From assembly GCA_964035575.1 (NCBI GenBank), contig OZ037843.1, forward strand, positions 1-64,000: DNA of 64,000 nt, in the 5' to 3' direction. Positions 1 through 19,558 of this stretch are shown here, one piece after another. A model generated the notes under the pieces. It made no database searches and was not told where the DNA came from. It saw only the letters and a program-made list of their open reading frames with translations. Source of the stretch: Rhynchopus sp. YZ270_cl-10. Taxonomy: Eukaryota. The translations under genes were made by a program, and so were the position numbers. The stretch's first letter is position 1. Every line of letters begins with the position of its first letter.

Positions 1-3000
1 GGTTTGCGGGTTTGCGGGTTTGCGGGTTTGCGGGTTTGCGGGTTTGCGGGTTTGCGGGTTTGCGGGTTTGCGGGTTTGCGGGTTTGCGGGTTTGCGGGTT
101 TGCGGGTTTGCGGGTTTGCGGGTTTGCGGGTTTGCGGGCGGTTTGCGGGTTTGCGGGTTTGCGGGTTTGCGGGTTTGCGGGTTTGCGGGTTTGCGGGTTT
201 GCGGGTTTGCGGGTTTGCGGGTTTGCGGGTTTGCGGGTTTGCGGGTTTGCGGGTTTGCGGGTTTGCGGGTTTGCGGGTTTGCGGGTTTGCGGGTTTGCGG
301 GTTTGCGGGTTTGCGGGTTTGCGGGTTTGCGGGTTTGCGGGTTTGCGGGTTTGCGGGTTTGCGGGTTTGCGGGTTTGCGGGTTTGCGGGTTTGCGGGTTT
401 GCGGGTTTGCGGGTTTGCGGGTTTGCGGGTTTGCGGGTTTGCGGGTTTGCGGGTTTGCGGGTTTGCGGGTTTGCGGGTTTGCGGGTTTGCGGGTTTGCGG
501 GTTTGCGGGTTTGCGGGTTTGCGGGTTTGCGGGTTTGCGGTTTGCGGGTTTGCGGGTTTGCGGGTTTGCGGGTTTGCGGGTTTGCGGGTTTGCGGGTTTG
601 CGGGTTTGCGGGTTTGCGGGTTTGCGGGTTTGCGGGTTTGCGGGTTTGCGGGTTTGCGGGGTTTGCGGGTTTGCGGGTTTGCGGGTTTGCGGTTTGCGGG
701 TTTGCGGGTTTGCGGGTTTGCGGGTTTGCGGGTTTGCGGGTTTGCGGGTTTGCGGGTTTGCGGGTTTCGGGTTTGCGGGTTTGCGGGTTTGCGGGTTTGC
801 GGGTTGCGGGTTTGCGGGTTTGCGGGTTTGCGGGTTTGCGGGTTTGCGGGTTTGCGGGTTTGCGGGTTTGCGGGTTTGCGGGTTTGCGGGTTTGCGGGTT
901 TGCGGGTTTGCGGGTTTGCGGGTTTGCGGGTTTGCGGGTTTGCGGGTTTGCGGGTTTGCGGGTTTGCGGGTTTGCGGGTTTGCGGGTTTGCGGGTTTGCG
1001 GGCTTTGCGGGTTTGCGGGTTTGCGGGTTTGCGGGTTTGCGGGTTTGCGGGTTTGCGGGTTTGCGGGTTTGCGGGTTTGCGGGTTTGCGGGTTTGCGGGT
1101 TTGCGGGTTTGCGGGTTTGCGGGTTTGCGGGTTTGCGGGTTTGCGGGTTTGCGGGTTTGCGGGTTTGCGGGTTTGCGGGTTTGCGGGTTTGCGGGTTTGC
1201 GGGTTTGCGGGTTTGCGGGTTTGCGGGTTTGCGGGTTTGCGGGTTTGCGGGTTTGCGGGTTTGCGGGTTTGCGGGTTTGCGGGTTTGCGGGTTTGCGGGT
1301 TTGCGGGTTTGCGGGTTTGCGGGTTTGCGGGTTTGCGGGTTTGCGGGTTTGCGGGTTTGCGGGTTTGCGGGTTTGCGGGTTTGCGGGTTTGCGGGTTTGC
1401 GGGTTTGCGGGTTTGCGGGTTTGCGGGTTTGCGGGTTTGCGGGTTTGCGGGTTTGCGGGTTTGCGGGTTTGCGGGTTTGCGGGTTTGCGGGTTTGCGGGT
1501 TTGCGGGTTTGCGGGTTTGCGGGTTTGCGGGTTTGCGGGTTTGCGGGTTTGCGGGTTTGCGGGTTTGCGGGTTTGCGGGTTTGCGGGTTTGCGGGTTTGC
1601 GGGTTTGCGGGTTTGCGGGTTTGCGGGTTTGCGGGTTTGCGGGTTTGCGGGTTTGCGGGTTTGCGGGTTTGCGGGTTTGCGGGTTTGCGGGTTTGCGGGT
1701 TTGCGGGTTTGCGGGTTTGCGGGTTTGCGGGTTTGCGGGTTTGCGGGTTTGCGGGTTTGCGGGTTTGCGGGTTTGCGGGTTTGCGGGTTTGCGGGTTTGC
1801 GGGTTTGCGGGTTTGCGGGTTTGCGGGTTTGCGGGTTTGCGGGTTTGCGGGTTTGCGGGTTTGCGGGTTTGCGGGTTTGCGGGTTTGCGGGTTTGCGGGT
1901 TTGCGGGTTTGCGGGTTTGCGGGTTTGCGGGTTTGCGGGTTTGCGGGTTTGCGGGTTTGCGGGTTTGCGGGTTTGCGGGTTTGCGGGTTTGCGGGTTTGC
2001 GGGTTTGCGGGTTTGCGGGTTTGCGGGTTTGCGGGTTTGCGGGTTTGCGGGTTTGCGGGTTTGCGGGTTTGCGGGTTTGCGGGTTTGCGGGTTTGCGGGT
2101 TTGCGGGTTTGCGGGTTTGCGGGTTTGCGGGTTTGCGGGTTTGCGGGTTTGCGGGTTTGCGGGTTTGCGGGTTTGCGGGTTTGCGGGTTTGCGGGTTTGC
2201 GGGTTTGCGGGTTTGCGGGTTTGCGGGTTTGCGGGTTTGCGGGTTTGCGGGTTTGCGGGTTTGCGGGTTTGCGGGTTTGCGGGTTTGCGGGTTTGCGGGT
2301 TTGCGGGTTTGCGGGTTTGCGGGTTTGCGGGTTTGCGGGTTTGCGGGTTTGCGGGTTTGCGGGTTTGCGGGTTTGCGGGTTTGCGGGTTTGCGGGTTTGC
2401 GGGTTTGCGGGTTTGCGGGTTTGCGGGTTTGCGGGTTTGCGGGTTTGCGGGTTTGCGGGTTTGCGGGTTTGCGGGTTTGCGGGTTTGCGGGTTTGCGGGT
2501 TTGCGGGTTTGCGGGTTTGCGGGTTTGCGGGTTTGCGGGTTTGCGGGTTTGCGGGTTTGCGGGTTTGCGGGTTTGCGGGTTTGCGGGTTTGCGGGTTTGC
2601 GGGTTTGCGGGTTTGCGGGTTTGCGGGTTTGCGGGTTTGCGGGTTTGCGGGTTTGCGGGTTTGCGGGTTTGCGGGTTTGCGGGTTTGCGGGTTTGCGGGT
2701 TTGCGGGTTTGCGGGTTTGCGGGTTTGCGGGTTTGCGGGTTTGCGGGTTTGCGGGTTTGCGGGTTTGCGGGTTTGCGGGTTTGCGGGTTTGCGGGTTTGC
2801 GGGTTTGCGGGTTTGCGGGTTTGCGGGTTTGCGGGTTTGCGGGTTTGCGGGTTTGCGGGTTTGCGGGTTTGCGGGTTTGCGGGTTTGCGGGTTTGCGGGT
2901 TTGCGGGTTTGCGGGTTTGCGGGTTTGCGGGTTTGCGGGTTTGCGGGTTTGCGGGTTTGCGGGTTTGCGGGTTTGCGGGTTTGCGGGTTTGCGGGTTTGC

Positions 3001-5527
3001 GGGTTTGCGGGTTTGCGGGTTTGCGGGTTTGCGGGTTTGCGGGTTTGCGGGTTTGCGGGTTTGCGGGTTTGCGGGTTTGCGGGTTTGCGGGTTTGCGGGT
3101 TTGCGGGTTTGCGGGTTTGCGGGTTTGCGGGTTTGCGGGTTTGCGGGTTTGCGGGTTTGCGGGTTTGCGGGTTTGCGGGTTTGCGGGTTTGCGGGTTTGC
3201 GGGTTTGCGGGTTTGCGGGTTTGCGGGTTTGCGGGTTTGCGGGTTTGCGGGTTTGCGGGTTTGCGGGTTTGCGGGTTTGCGGGTTTGCGGGTTTGCGGGT
3301 TTGCGGGTTTGCGGGTTTGCGGGTTTGCGGGTTTGCGGGTTTGCGGGTTTGCGGGTTTGCGGGTTTGCGGGTTTGCGGGTTTGCGGGTTTGCGGGTTTGC
3401 GGGTTTGCGGGTTTGCGGGTTTGCGGGTTTGCGGGTTTGCGGGTTTGCGGGTTTGCGGGTTTGCGGGTTTGCGGGTTTGCGGGTTTGCGGGTTTGCGGGT
3501 TTGCGGGTTTGCGGGTTTGCGGGTTTGCGGGTTTGCGGGTTTGCGGGTTTGCGGGTTTGCGGGTTTGCGGGTTTGCGGGTTTGCGGGTTTGCGGGTTTGC
3601 GGGTTTGCGGGTTTGCGGGTTTGCGGGTTTGCGGGTTTGCGGGTTTGCGGGTTTGCGGGTTTGCGGGTTTGCGGGTTTGCGGGTTTGCGGGTTTGCGGGT
3701 TTGCGGGTTTGCGGGTTTGCGGGTTTGCGGGTTTGCGGGTTTGCGGGTTTGCGGGTTTGCGGGTTTGCGGGTTTGCGGGTTTGCGGGTTTGCGGGTTTGC
3801 GGGTTTGCGGGTTTGCGGGTTTGCGGGTTTGCGGGTTTGCGGGTTTGCGGGTTTGCGGGTTTGCGGGTTTGCGGGTTTGCGGGTTTGCGGGTTTGCGGGT
3901 TTGCGGGTTTGCGGGTTTGCGGGTTTGCGGGTTTGCGGGTTTGCGGGTTTGCGGGTTTGCGGGTTTGCGGGTTTGCGGGTTTGCGGGTTTGCGGGTTTGC
4001 GGGTTTGCGGGTTTGCGGGTTTGCGGGTTTGCGGGTTTGCGGGTTTGCGGGTTTGCGGGTTTGCGGGTTTGCGGGTTTGCGGGTTTGCGGGTTTGCGGGT
4101 TTGCGGGTTTGCGGGTTTGCGGGTTTGCGGGTTTGCGGGTTTGCGGGTTTGCGGGTTTGCGGGTTTGCGGGTTTGCGGGTTTGCGGGTTTGCGGGTTTGC
4201 GGGTTTGCGGGTTTGCGGGTTTGCGGGTTTGCGGGTTTGCGGGTTTGCGGGTTTGCGGGTTTGCGGGTTTGCGGGTTTGCGGGTTTGCGGGTTTGCGGGT
4301 TTGCGGGTTTGCGGGTTTGCGGGTTTGCGGGTTTGCGGGTTTGCGGGTTTGCGGGTTTGCGGGTTTGCGGGTTTGCGGGTTTGCGGGTTTGCGGGTTTGC
4401 GGGTTTGCGGGTTTGCGGGTTTGCGGGTTTGCGGGTTTGCGGGTTTGCGGGTTTGCGGGTTTGCGGGTTTGCGGGTTTGCGGGTTTGCGGGTTTGCGGGT
4501 TTGCGGGTTTGCGGGTTTGCGGGTTTGCGGGTTTGCGGGTTTGCGGGTTTGCGGGTTTGCGGGTTTGCGGGTTTGCGGGTTTGCGGGTTTGCGGGTTTGC
4601 GGGTTTGCGGGTTTGCGGGTTTGCGGGTTTGCGGGTTTGCGGGTTTGCGGGTTTGCGGGTTTGCGGGTTTGCGGGTTTGCGGGTTTGCGGGTTTGCGGGT
4701 TTGCGGGTTTGCGGGTTTGCGGGTTTGCGGGTTTGCGGGTTTGCGGGTTTGCGGGTTTGCGGGTTTGCGGGTTTGCGGGTTTGCGGGTTTGCGGGTTTGC
4801 GGGTTTGCGGGTTTGCGGGTTTGCGGGTTTGCGGGTTTGCGGGTTTGCGGGTTTGCGGGTTTGCGGGTTTGCGGGTTTGCGGGTTTGCGGGTTTGCGGGT
4901 TTGCGGGTTTGCGGGTTTGCGGGTTTGCGGGTTTGCGGGTTTGCGGGTTTGCGGGTTTGCGGGTTTGCGGGTTTGCGGGTTTGCGGGTTTGCGGGTTTGC
5001 GGGTTTGCGGGTTTGCGGGTTTGCGGGTTTGCGGGTTTGCGGGTTTGCGGGTTTGCGGGTTTGCGGGTTTGCGGGTTTGCGGGTTTGCGGGTTTGCGGGT
5101 TTGCGGGTTTGCGGGTTTGCGGGTTTGCGGGTTTGCGGGTTTGCGGGTTTGCGGGTTTGCGGGTTTGCGGGTTTGCGGGTTTGCGGGTTTGCGGGTTTGC
5201 GGGTTTGCGGGTTTGCGGGTTTGCGGGTTTGCGGGTTTGCGGGTTTGCGGGTTTGCGGGTTTGCGGGTTTGCGGGTTTGCGGGTTTGCGGGTTTGCGGGT
5301 TTGCGGGTTTGCGGGTTTGCGGGTTTGCGGGTTTGCGGGTTTGCGGGTTTGCGGGTTTGCGGGTTTGCGGGTTTGCGGGTTTGCGGGTTTGCGGGTTTGC
5401 GGGTTTGCGGGTTTGCGGGTTTGCGGGTTTGCGGGTTTGCGGGTTTGCGGGTTTGCGGGTTTGCGGGTTTGCGGGTTTGCGGGTTTGCGGGTTTGCGGGT
5501 TTGCGGGTTTGCGGGTTTGCGGGTTTG
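1..5527 (+). repeat. Telomere-like 8-bp tandem array (GGGTTTGC)n, ~690 units, G-rich strand on +
   Basis: Continuous GGGTTTGC from base 1. The few indel variants I see (~137, 540, 660, 690, 766, 804, 1003) are confined to the first ~1 kb. The array ends abruptly at GGGTTTG|TGAAGCCCC. Confidence 0.95.
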
Positions 5528-6734
5528 TGAAGCCCCAAGTGGTTGAGGTGGGCCTCGCCGGTCACACCATTGGCAAACTCCGTCATGGCCTCCTGCGACC
5601 CCAGCACCTGCACCAGGCGGTTCGACACCTCCACTGCTGTGTCATACAGCTGCTTGCGCATTGCCCTCACGTCCGGCTGCGTGTCGTGGTCCCAGAGGTG
5701 TAGTGCCACATAACCACAATCATTAGTAGACACGTTGGGGATGCGTTTAGCTCCAAACTTCGCCAGAGTCGCGTCCACAGACACCGCCTGCTCTGTATAC
5801 GCAGGAGCGTTCACGTTTGCGCACCCACCGGTCAACGCAAACGGGGACAAGCTTACCGGGTGCTCCGGATCAGCAGGGGCAGGGCGCAGGTCCCAGGGCG
5901 TCACCGCTCGCCACAACAACGACAGCAAGACCAGTAGGGACACCGCCAGCATGCCAAATGCCATCCCGATCCTACGAGTCCACCTGCGTGCTGCCACACG
6001 GCGCACCTCCAAGAGAAGAACCCAGCCAAGTGGGCGCGCGACGCCGACCAGTGCCACAAAACCCGCCAAACAACCACCTGCGGACCATGCAACCCACACC
6101 CACTCGGCTGCACGCACCGACAACTGACCCACCCCCATCACACTGGCTCTCACCAAGCTGGCAGCCACTCGGATCCCTCCGGTCCATCGGTGCACTCGCT
6201 CGCTCGCCCCTTCCAGCCACCGCCACCCCCTGCGTGCGCGGCACAGTCCCCGCAGCAGACCCACCCCCAGCACCTCCGCGTCCCGAAACAGCGCACAACC
6301 CAAAGCATGTGGCGCTGACCTCCCAAGCTCAGACCCCACAAAAACCAGAACCCAGATGGCCACACACTGCAAAGCACCTCTCAACGCATCGGCGACCCTG
6401 ATCCTGCGGAAAACTGGGTGCGCTGCCGGGGAGGGCGGACGATTGCAGGGCGCCTTGCGCCGACGGAGCCTGCCCGCCTGTGACTTGGTCCAGTTCAAGG
6501 ACCGGTGTCCTCGTCACGTCCTCCTGGTCCTCCTGCCCACCAGCCACAAAATGAGATGACTGAGGGTAGGGGCGCGTCTGTCCTTCCACAGATCCAGGAC
6601 CGCGAACGACACAAACACTCCCCACTCAGGTGCCTCGGCTACCCAGCAGGGGTCAGGCTGACGCAAGGAGGTGAAGACCTCCCAGAGGTTGCACCACCAG
6701 TCGAACCAAAACTCTATCTGTACACACCCCTTTT
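5528..6734 (-). mobile_element. Antisense fragment of family-A retrotransposon (distal part), capped by the repeat array
   Basis: Reverse complement of 9293-10493 with a 6-bp insertion (~5876) and at least one substitution. It breaks inside the first OTU-like domain, where the array begins. Confidence 0.95.
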
Positions 6735-6737
6735 TCT

Positions 6738-6840
6738 GGGGTTCATTTTTTTTTACAAGGGGTTCATTTTTTTTTACAGGGGTTCATTTTTTTTTACAAA
6801 GGGGTTCATTTTTTTTTACAGGGGTTCATTTTTTTTTACA
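6738..6840 (+). repeat. 5 copies of the ~20-22 bp unit GGGGTTCA(T)9AC(A)1-3 at the 5' end of N1
   Basis: Units start at 6738, 6759, 6779, 6801 and 6821. Confidence 0.9.
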
Positions 6841-6938
6841 CAAAAAACTATGTTAAGACGAAATCCTACCGATGTGCCTACATGGGGCGTCCCCCGTCAG
6901 TAGTGCGCCAGATGAGGGGCACGAAGCGAAATGCGGTG
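6821..6938 (+). ncRNA. Degenerate HDV-like ribozyme core in the N1 5' end
   Basis: P3 GCC/GGC (6876-78/6886-88), L3 TACATGG, P1' GTCCCCC (6889-95), P1.1 AC/GT, P4 GTGC(G)CC/GGGCAC, J4/2 GCGAA (6926-30). P1 pairing with GGGGTTC has two mismatches. Confidence 0.5.
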
Positions 6939-7440
6939 AAAGGTGCAGGCCTGTTTTGCAGCAGGTCTGGAGAGTTGTGGCAACTCGTCTGCTGAGCGTG
7001 TGAAGTATCAAGGCAGAGGTTCGCTGTTCAAGTAAAACCTACCCTGGTCATCCTCTGCCTGTCTTGGTTTCTGTCGTGATTGTTTGTGTTTGTGGGCGGG
7101 ATCAGATGGGTGGAGGGTGTTTACTTTGTGTTTAGCTCGGAGAAGTGGCTTACCCGCCCACTCTCTGTTATTTATTCAGTGTCATTTTTTCATTCATCCC
7201 CAAAGTTTGTAGACAGAGTCAAGACCACCTTGGCCAAAAGGGTTTTTTCACCACACTTTTCTTTTGCTTCCATTCGTGGAAGCGTTTGCTTTTCTTCTGT
7301 TCCTGGCCTGACGTGTGTTCAACAGGTGTGCTATTTTTACCAAGTGGAATCCATTTTTCTTTTTCCAGGGGAGGCACTAAAACAAACCATTCTGCAGACA
7401 ACAAAGCAAAGGCAATGTGTTTTTTATTCTCCCTATTACA

Positions 7441-7638
7441 GGGGACCATTTTTTTACAGGGGACCATTTTTTTACAGGGGACCATTTTTTTACAGGGGAC
7501 CATTTTTTTACAGGGGACCATTTTTTTACAGGGGACCATTTTTTTACAGGGGACCATTTTTTTACAGGGGACCATTTTTTTACAGGGGACCATTTTTTTA
7601 CAGGGGACCATTTTTTTACAGGGGACCATTTTTTTACA
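7441..7638 (+). repeat. 11 exact copies of 18-bp GGGGACCATTTTTTTACA (5' terminus of A1)
   Basis: Period 18 from 7441 to 7638. Each unit begins with the ribozyme P1 strand GGGGACC. Confidence 0.95.
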
Positions 7639-7773
7639 CATTACAACACACTTGTCCTTTCTTTTTACCCTCCCTCCCTCCCCCTTTCCTTTGTTTTATT
7701 GTGAGCCTTGTACGCCTCCACGGGGCGGTCCCTGGGCAACGGTTGAGGAGTGCAGGCCGGCGAAGCGCAAGGC
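7621..7773 (+). ncRNA. HDV-like self-cleaving ribozyme at the 5' end of A1
   Basis: P1 GGGGACC(7621-27)/GGTCCCT(7727-33) with a G1-U wobble. P2 GCCTTGTAC(7705-13)/GCGCAAGGC(7765-73) with one mismatch. P3 GCC/GGC; L3 TCCACGG; P1.1 CC/GG followed by GCAA; P4 CGGTT/GGCCG; J4/2 GCGAA with putative catalytic C7761. Confidence 0.85.
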
Positions 7774-7827
7774 GTAGTGTGTTTTGTCCTTCTTTGTTTT
7801 CGTTTTTTGGTTTTTGCTTTTTTAAAA

Positions 7828-16893
<9,066 letters not shown>

Positions 16894-17209
16894 GTCTTCT
16901 TTTTTTCCTTTTTTTGCCCCAGAAGTGTGACGCCTGTGTATTCAAATTGATCAAAAAGAATAAAAAACAAACACATAATGCAGTTTCTTGTTTTGTATAA
17001 AACTCTGTTGGCTCTACCGTACTCTTCGCCCGCCTTTTATACAAAACTTGAAACACCGACCATTTTTGGTCATCATTTTTTCCTTTTCATTTTTCCATTT
17101 CCTTTTTCCTTTTCCATTTCCTGTTCATTTTATTGTCTTTATTGTCTTCTCCATTTCTTCCTTTTTCCTTTCTATTCTCATAAAAAACTAGTCCAAGTAC
17201 AAAAAAGAG

Positions 17210-17240
<31 letters not shown>

Positions 17241-17241
<1 letters not shown>

Positions 17242-17764
17242 ACCCCTTTTGCCACACCCGCATCATCACACAGCCACTCTGTCCTTCTCGCCCCGCAAGG
17301 CTGACCCCGAACACCAGCATACCTCGCTCACCACCCCCTAGGTTGTTGTCGCTGATGTTGTTGCTGCGTCTGCTGTTGATGTTGGTGCTGCTGTTGGACC
17401 TGCTGTTGGAACTGCTGCTGCAGAAGTCTTTGGAACTGCAGTTGAAACTGCTGTTGTGCCTGCTGTTGGAACTGCTGCTGGAACTGCTTTTGGAGACGCT
17501 GTTGGAACCGCTGCTGCAGAAGTCTGTGGAACTGCTGTTGAAACTGCTGTTAAGCCTACTGTTGGAACTGCTGTTGGACCTGCCGTTAGAGCTGCTGCCG
17601 CAGAAGTCCTTGCTGATGAAACTGCTGTTGTGCCTGTTGCTGGAACTGCTTTTGGAAACGCTGTTGGAACTGCTGCTGCAGAAGCCATTGGAACTGCTGT
17701 TGAAACTGCTGTTGTTGAGCCTGCTGTTGGAACTGCTGATGGACCTGCCGTTGGAGCTGCTGCT
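17241..17764 (-). mobile_element. Proximal part of the antisense family-A copy (5'-truncated in the Ser/Asn region)
   Basis: Reverse complement of 9302 upstream to ~8865 with rearranged VNTR units. Contiguous with 5528-6734 across the TSD. Confidence 0.9.
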
Positions 17765-18492
17765 CAAAGGCTCAAAGGTGCAGAGGTCTGTTTAGCCTTA
17801 CAGCAAATCCTTTAAAAAAGGAAAGGCCTTGAGACATAACAAAAGAGGGTTTTGAGGCAGACGGAGGGGCTCAACAAATAAGACCTTCCAGGACCCAAGT
17901 TTTTTCTAGCCCACAGCAACATAGGTAGAAAGAACATGAGAGGAAGAAGGGACTTACCTGCATGTGAGATGAAGAGGGAAATAGGCAGAGGAGAAGGAGG
18001 GGCTTTTTCACTTCAGGGGTTCTTGATGGTCAGGGCTGGGTTTCTTCTAGGTGGAGATTCCCATGGGTAGACCAAAAAGAGAGAGTAGGTTGAGGTGAAA
18101 AAGTTTGGGACAATAAAGACAATAAAGACAATGTAAAACAGTTGAAACAATGACAATAACATACAGACAGACCAAGTGATTACCTCCCATGCCTCAGGGG
18201 CAAGGATGTTCAGCTGGTTCTGGGTTAGTTTCCTGAATCTGGAGGGGGGGTGAGCGAATCATACAACCCTTCAGTATGGAAACGGAGTCTTGGGCAAGCC
18301 TGTGAAAAAGAGGAATAATGGAACAAAAGGACAAGGGTAAAAAAAATATTAACAAGGGGGTGAATAAAATAAAGAAAATATTAACAAACTAGACAAGGGG
18401 GTGAGGGGTAAAAAATGGGGGTTGTGTTTTTGAATTTGGTGACGGGCTAAAAAACCTGTCGTTCTTGTGTGACACTTCCATGGAAACGTGAT

Positions 18493-19188
18493 GAGGACCA
18501 CACTTTTTTTACAGGTGGTTTTTTTTGTAAGGACCTCACACACTGGGCAGGCGGTCAGCTATTCGCTTCCCGCGGGGCGTTCGCGTGCGCGCTTCGCGCG
18601 CCCGCTCACGGTAACGTGTACAAAAAAACCTCACTCGTGCCTTCATGAACTGGCCTGTAAAGTGGCCTGTAAAAAGTGGTGTTTTTGTGGTAAACGCCAG
18701 ATGGTCAAAAGAGTGATCTGAGCATATTCCCCAGGTATAACTGGTACTCAAAAAGTTCATTAACGAAGGAATCTTGCACTTTTGACCATCACATATTAGA
18801 TGTGTTTTTTCAGGTTTTTCAATGCACTTTCCTGTACTGGGAAGCATGCCACAAGTGTCATGTTTTACAAGGCAAAAATGACCAAAAAAGCTGATTTTTG
18901 GCCGAATGCCACATGTCATTTGGCAGTCCAATTTCTGAACACGACTGAAAAAAAATTTTTTTTTGGGCCTCAATACCCCCAAACAACACGTTAAGCCCAA
19001 AAAATTCACTTTTGGATGAGCAACTATTTATTTAAAAAAATCGATTTTTTGGTCAAATCCCCTCTGGTGGTGAGGGGGTGTGTGTGTGTGTGTGTGGGTG
19101 TGTGTGTGTGTGGGTGTGTAGTGTGTGTGGTGTGGGTGGCGCACATCTCTATAGTAAAGACTAAAAAACTAAGGTTTTTTAGGATTTT
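18493..19188 (+). mobile_element. Partial non-autonomous element N3 (5' part shared with N2)
   Basis: 18513-19188 is a diverged direct copy of 29991-30678. It begins GAGGACCACAC(T)7ACA, resembling the 5' unit of A. Confidence 0.6.
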
Positions 19189-19558
19189 CTGTACAATATT
19201 GGATCTGTGCACAGGGGGCATTACCCCTCTAACAGCAAGGGTAAAGTTGAAAATAAAGGAAAGTGCTTCTTTGAGGCACTATGACACTTTGACAATCTAT
19301 TTTTTGAAAGTAAAGTAAAAAGAAGTGCATCCTGGTGGCACTTTGACACTGGCAAACATTCTATTCTATTGTGTCTACTGTTTCTATTCTAAATTCTAAA
19401 ACACTGGCTGGGCGACCTCCTGGGAACACCTCACACAAAAATCAAAATGGTAAATGACAAAAATAAAAATGGGGAAAACCACGTTTTCGTACACATATTC
19501 TTTGCTTTGCTTTGCTTTGGTTTGCTTAGTTTTGTGTTGTTTTCTTTGTATCTCTTGT

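Noticed and set aside
4..5703. Three ~1850-aa (GFAGLRVC)n ORFs
   Set aside because: Artefact of a stop-free 8-bp repeat; no ATG start.
6905..6932. Hammerhead ribozyme (CAGATGAG...CGAAA)
   Set aside because: The core is not CTGANGA and stems I/III are absent. The segment fits P4/J4-2 of an HDV-like fold better.
7441..7638. CRISPR-like array
   Set aside because: No spacers and no cas genes; eukaryotic retroelement context.
7750..7827. GTG start of the 3047-aa ORF
   Set aside because: It lies inside the ribozyme. ATG 7828 matches the conserved MRRKALLG start of B.
17765..18492. Possible gene or element between the antisense A copy and N3
   Set aside because: No ORF, terminal repeats or in-window homology recognised; left unassigned.
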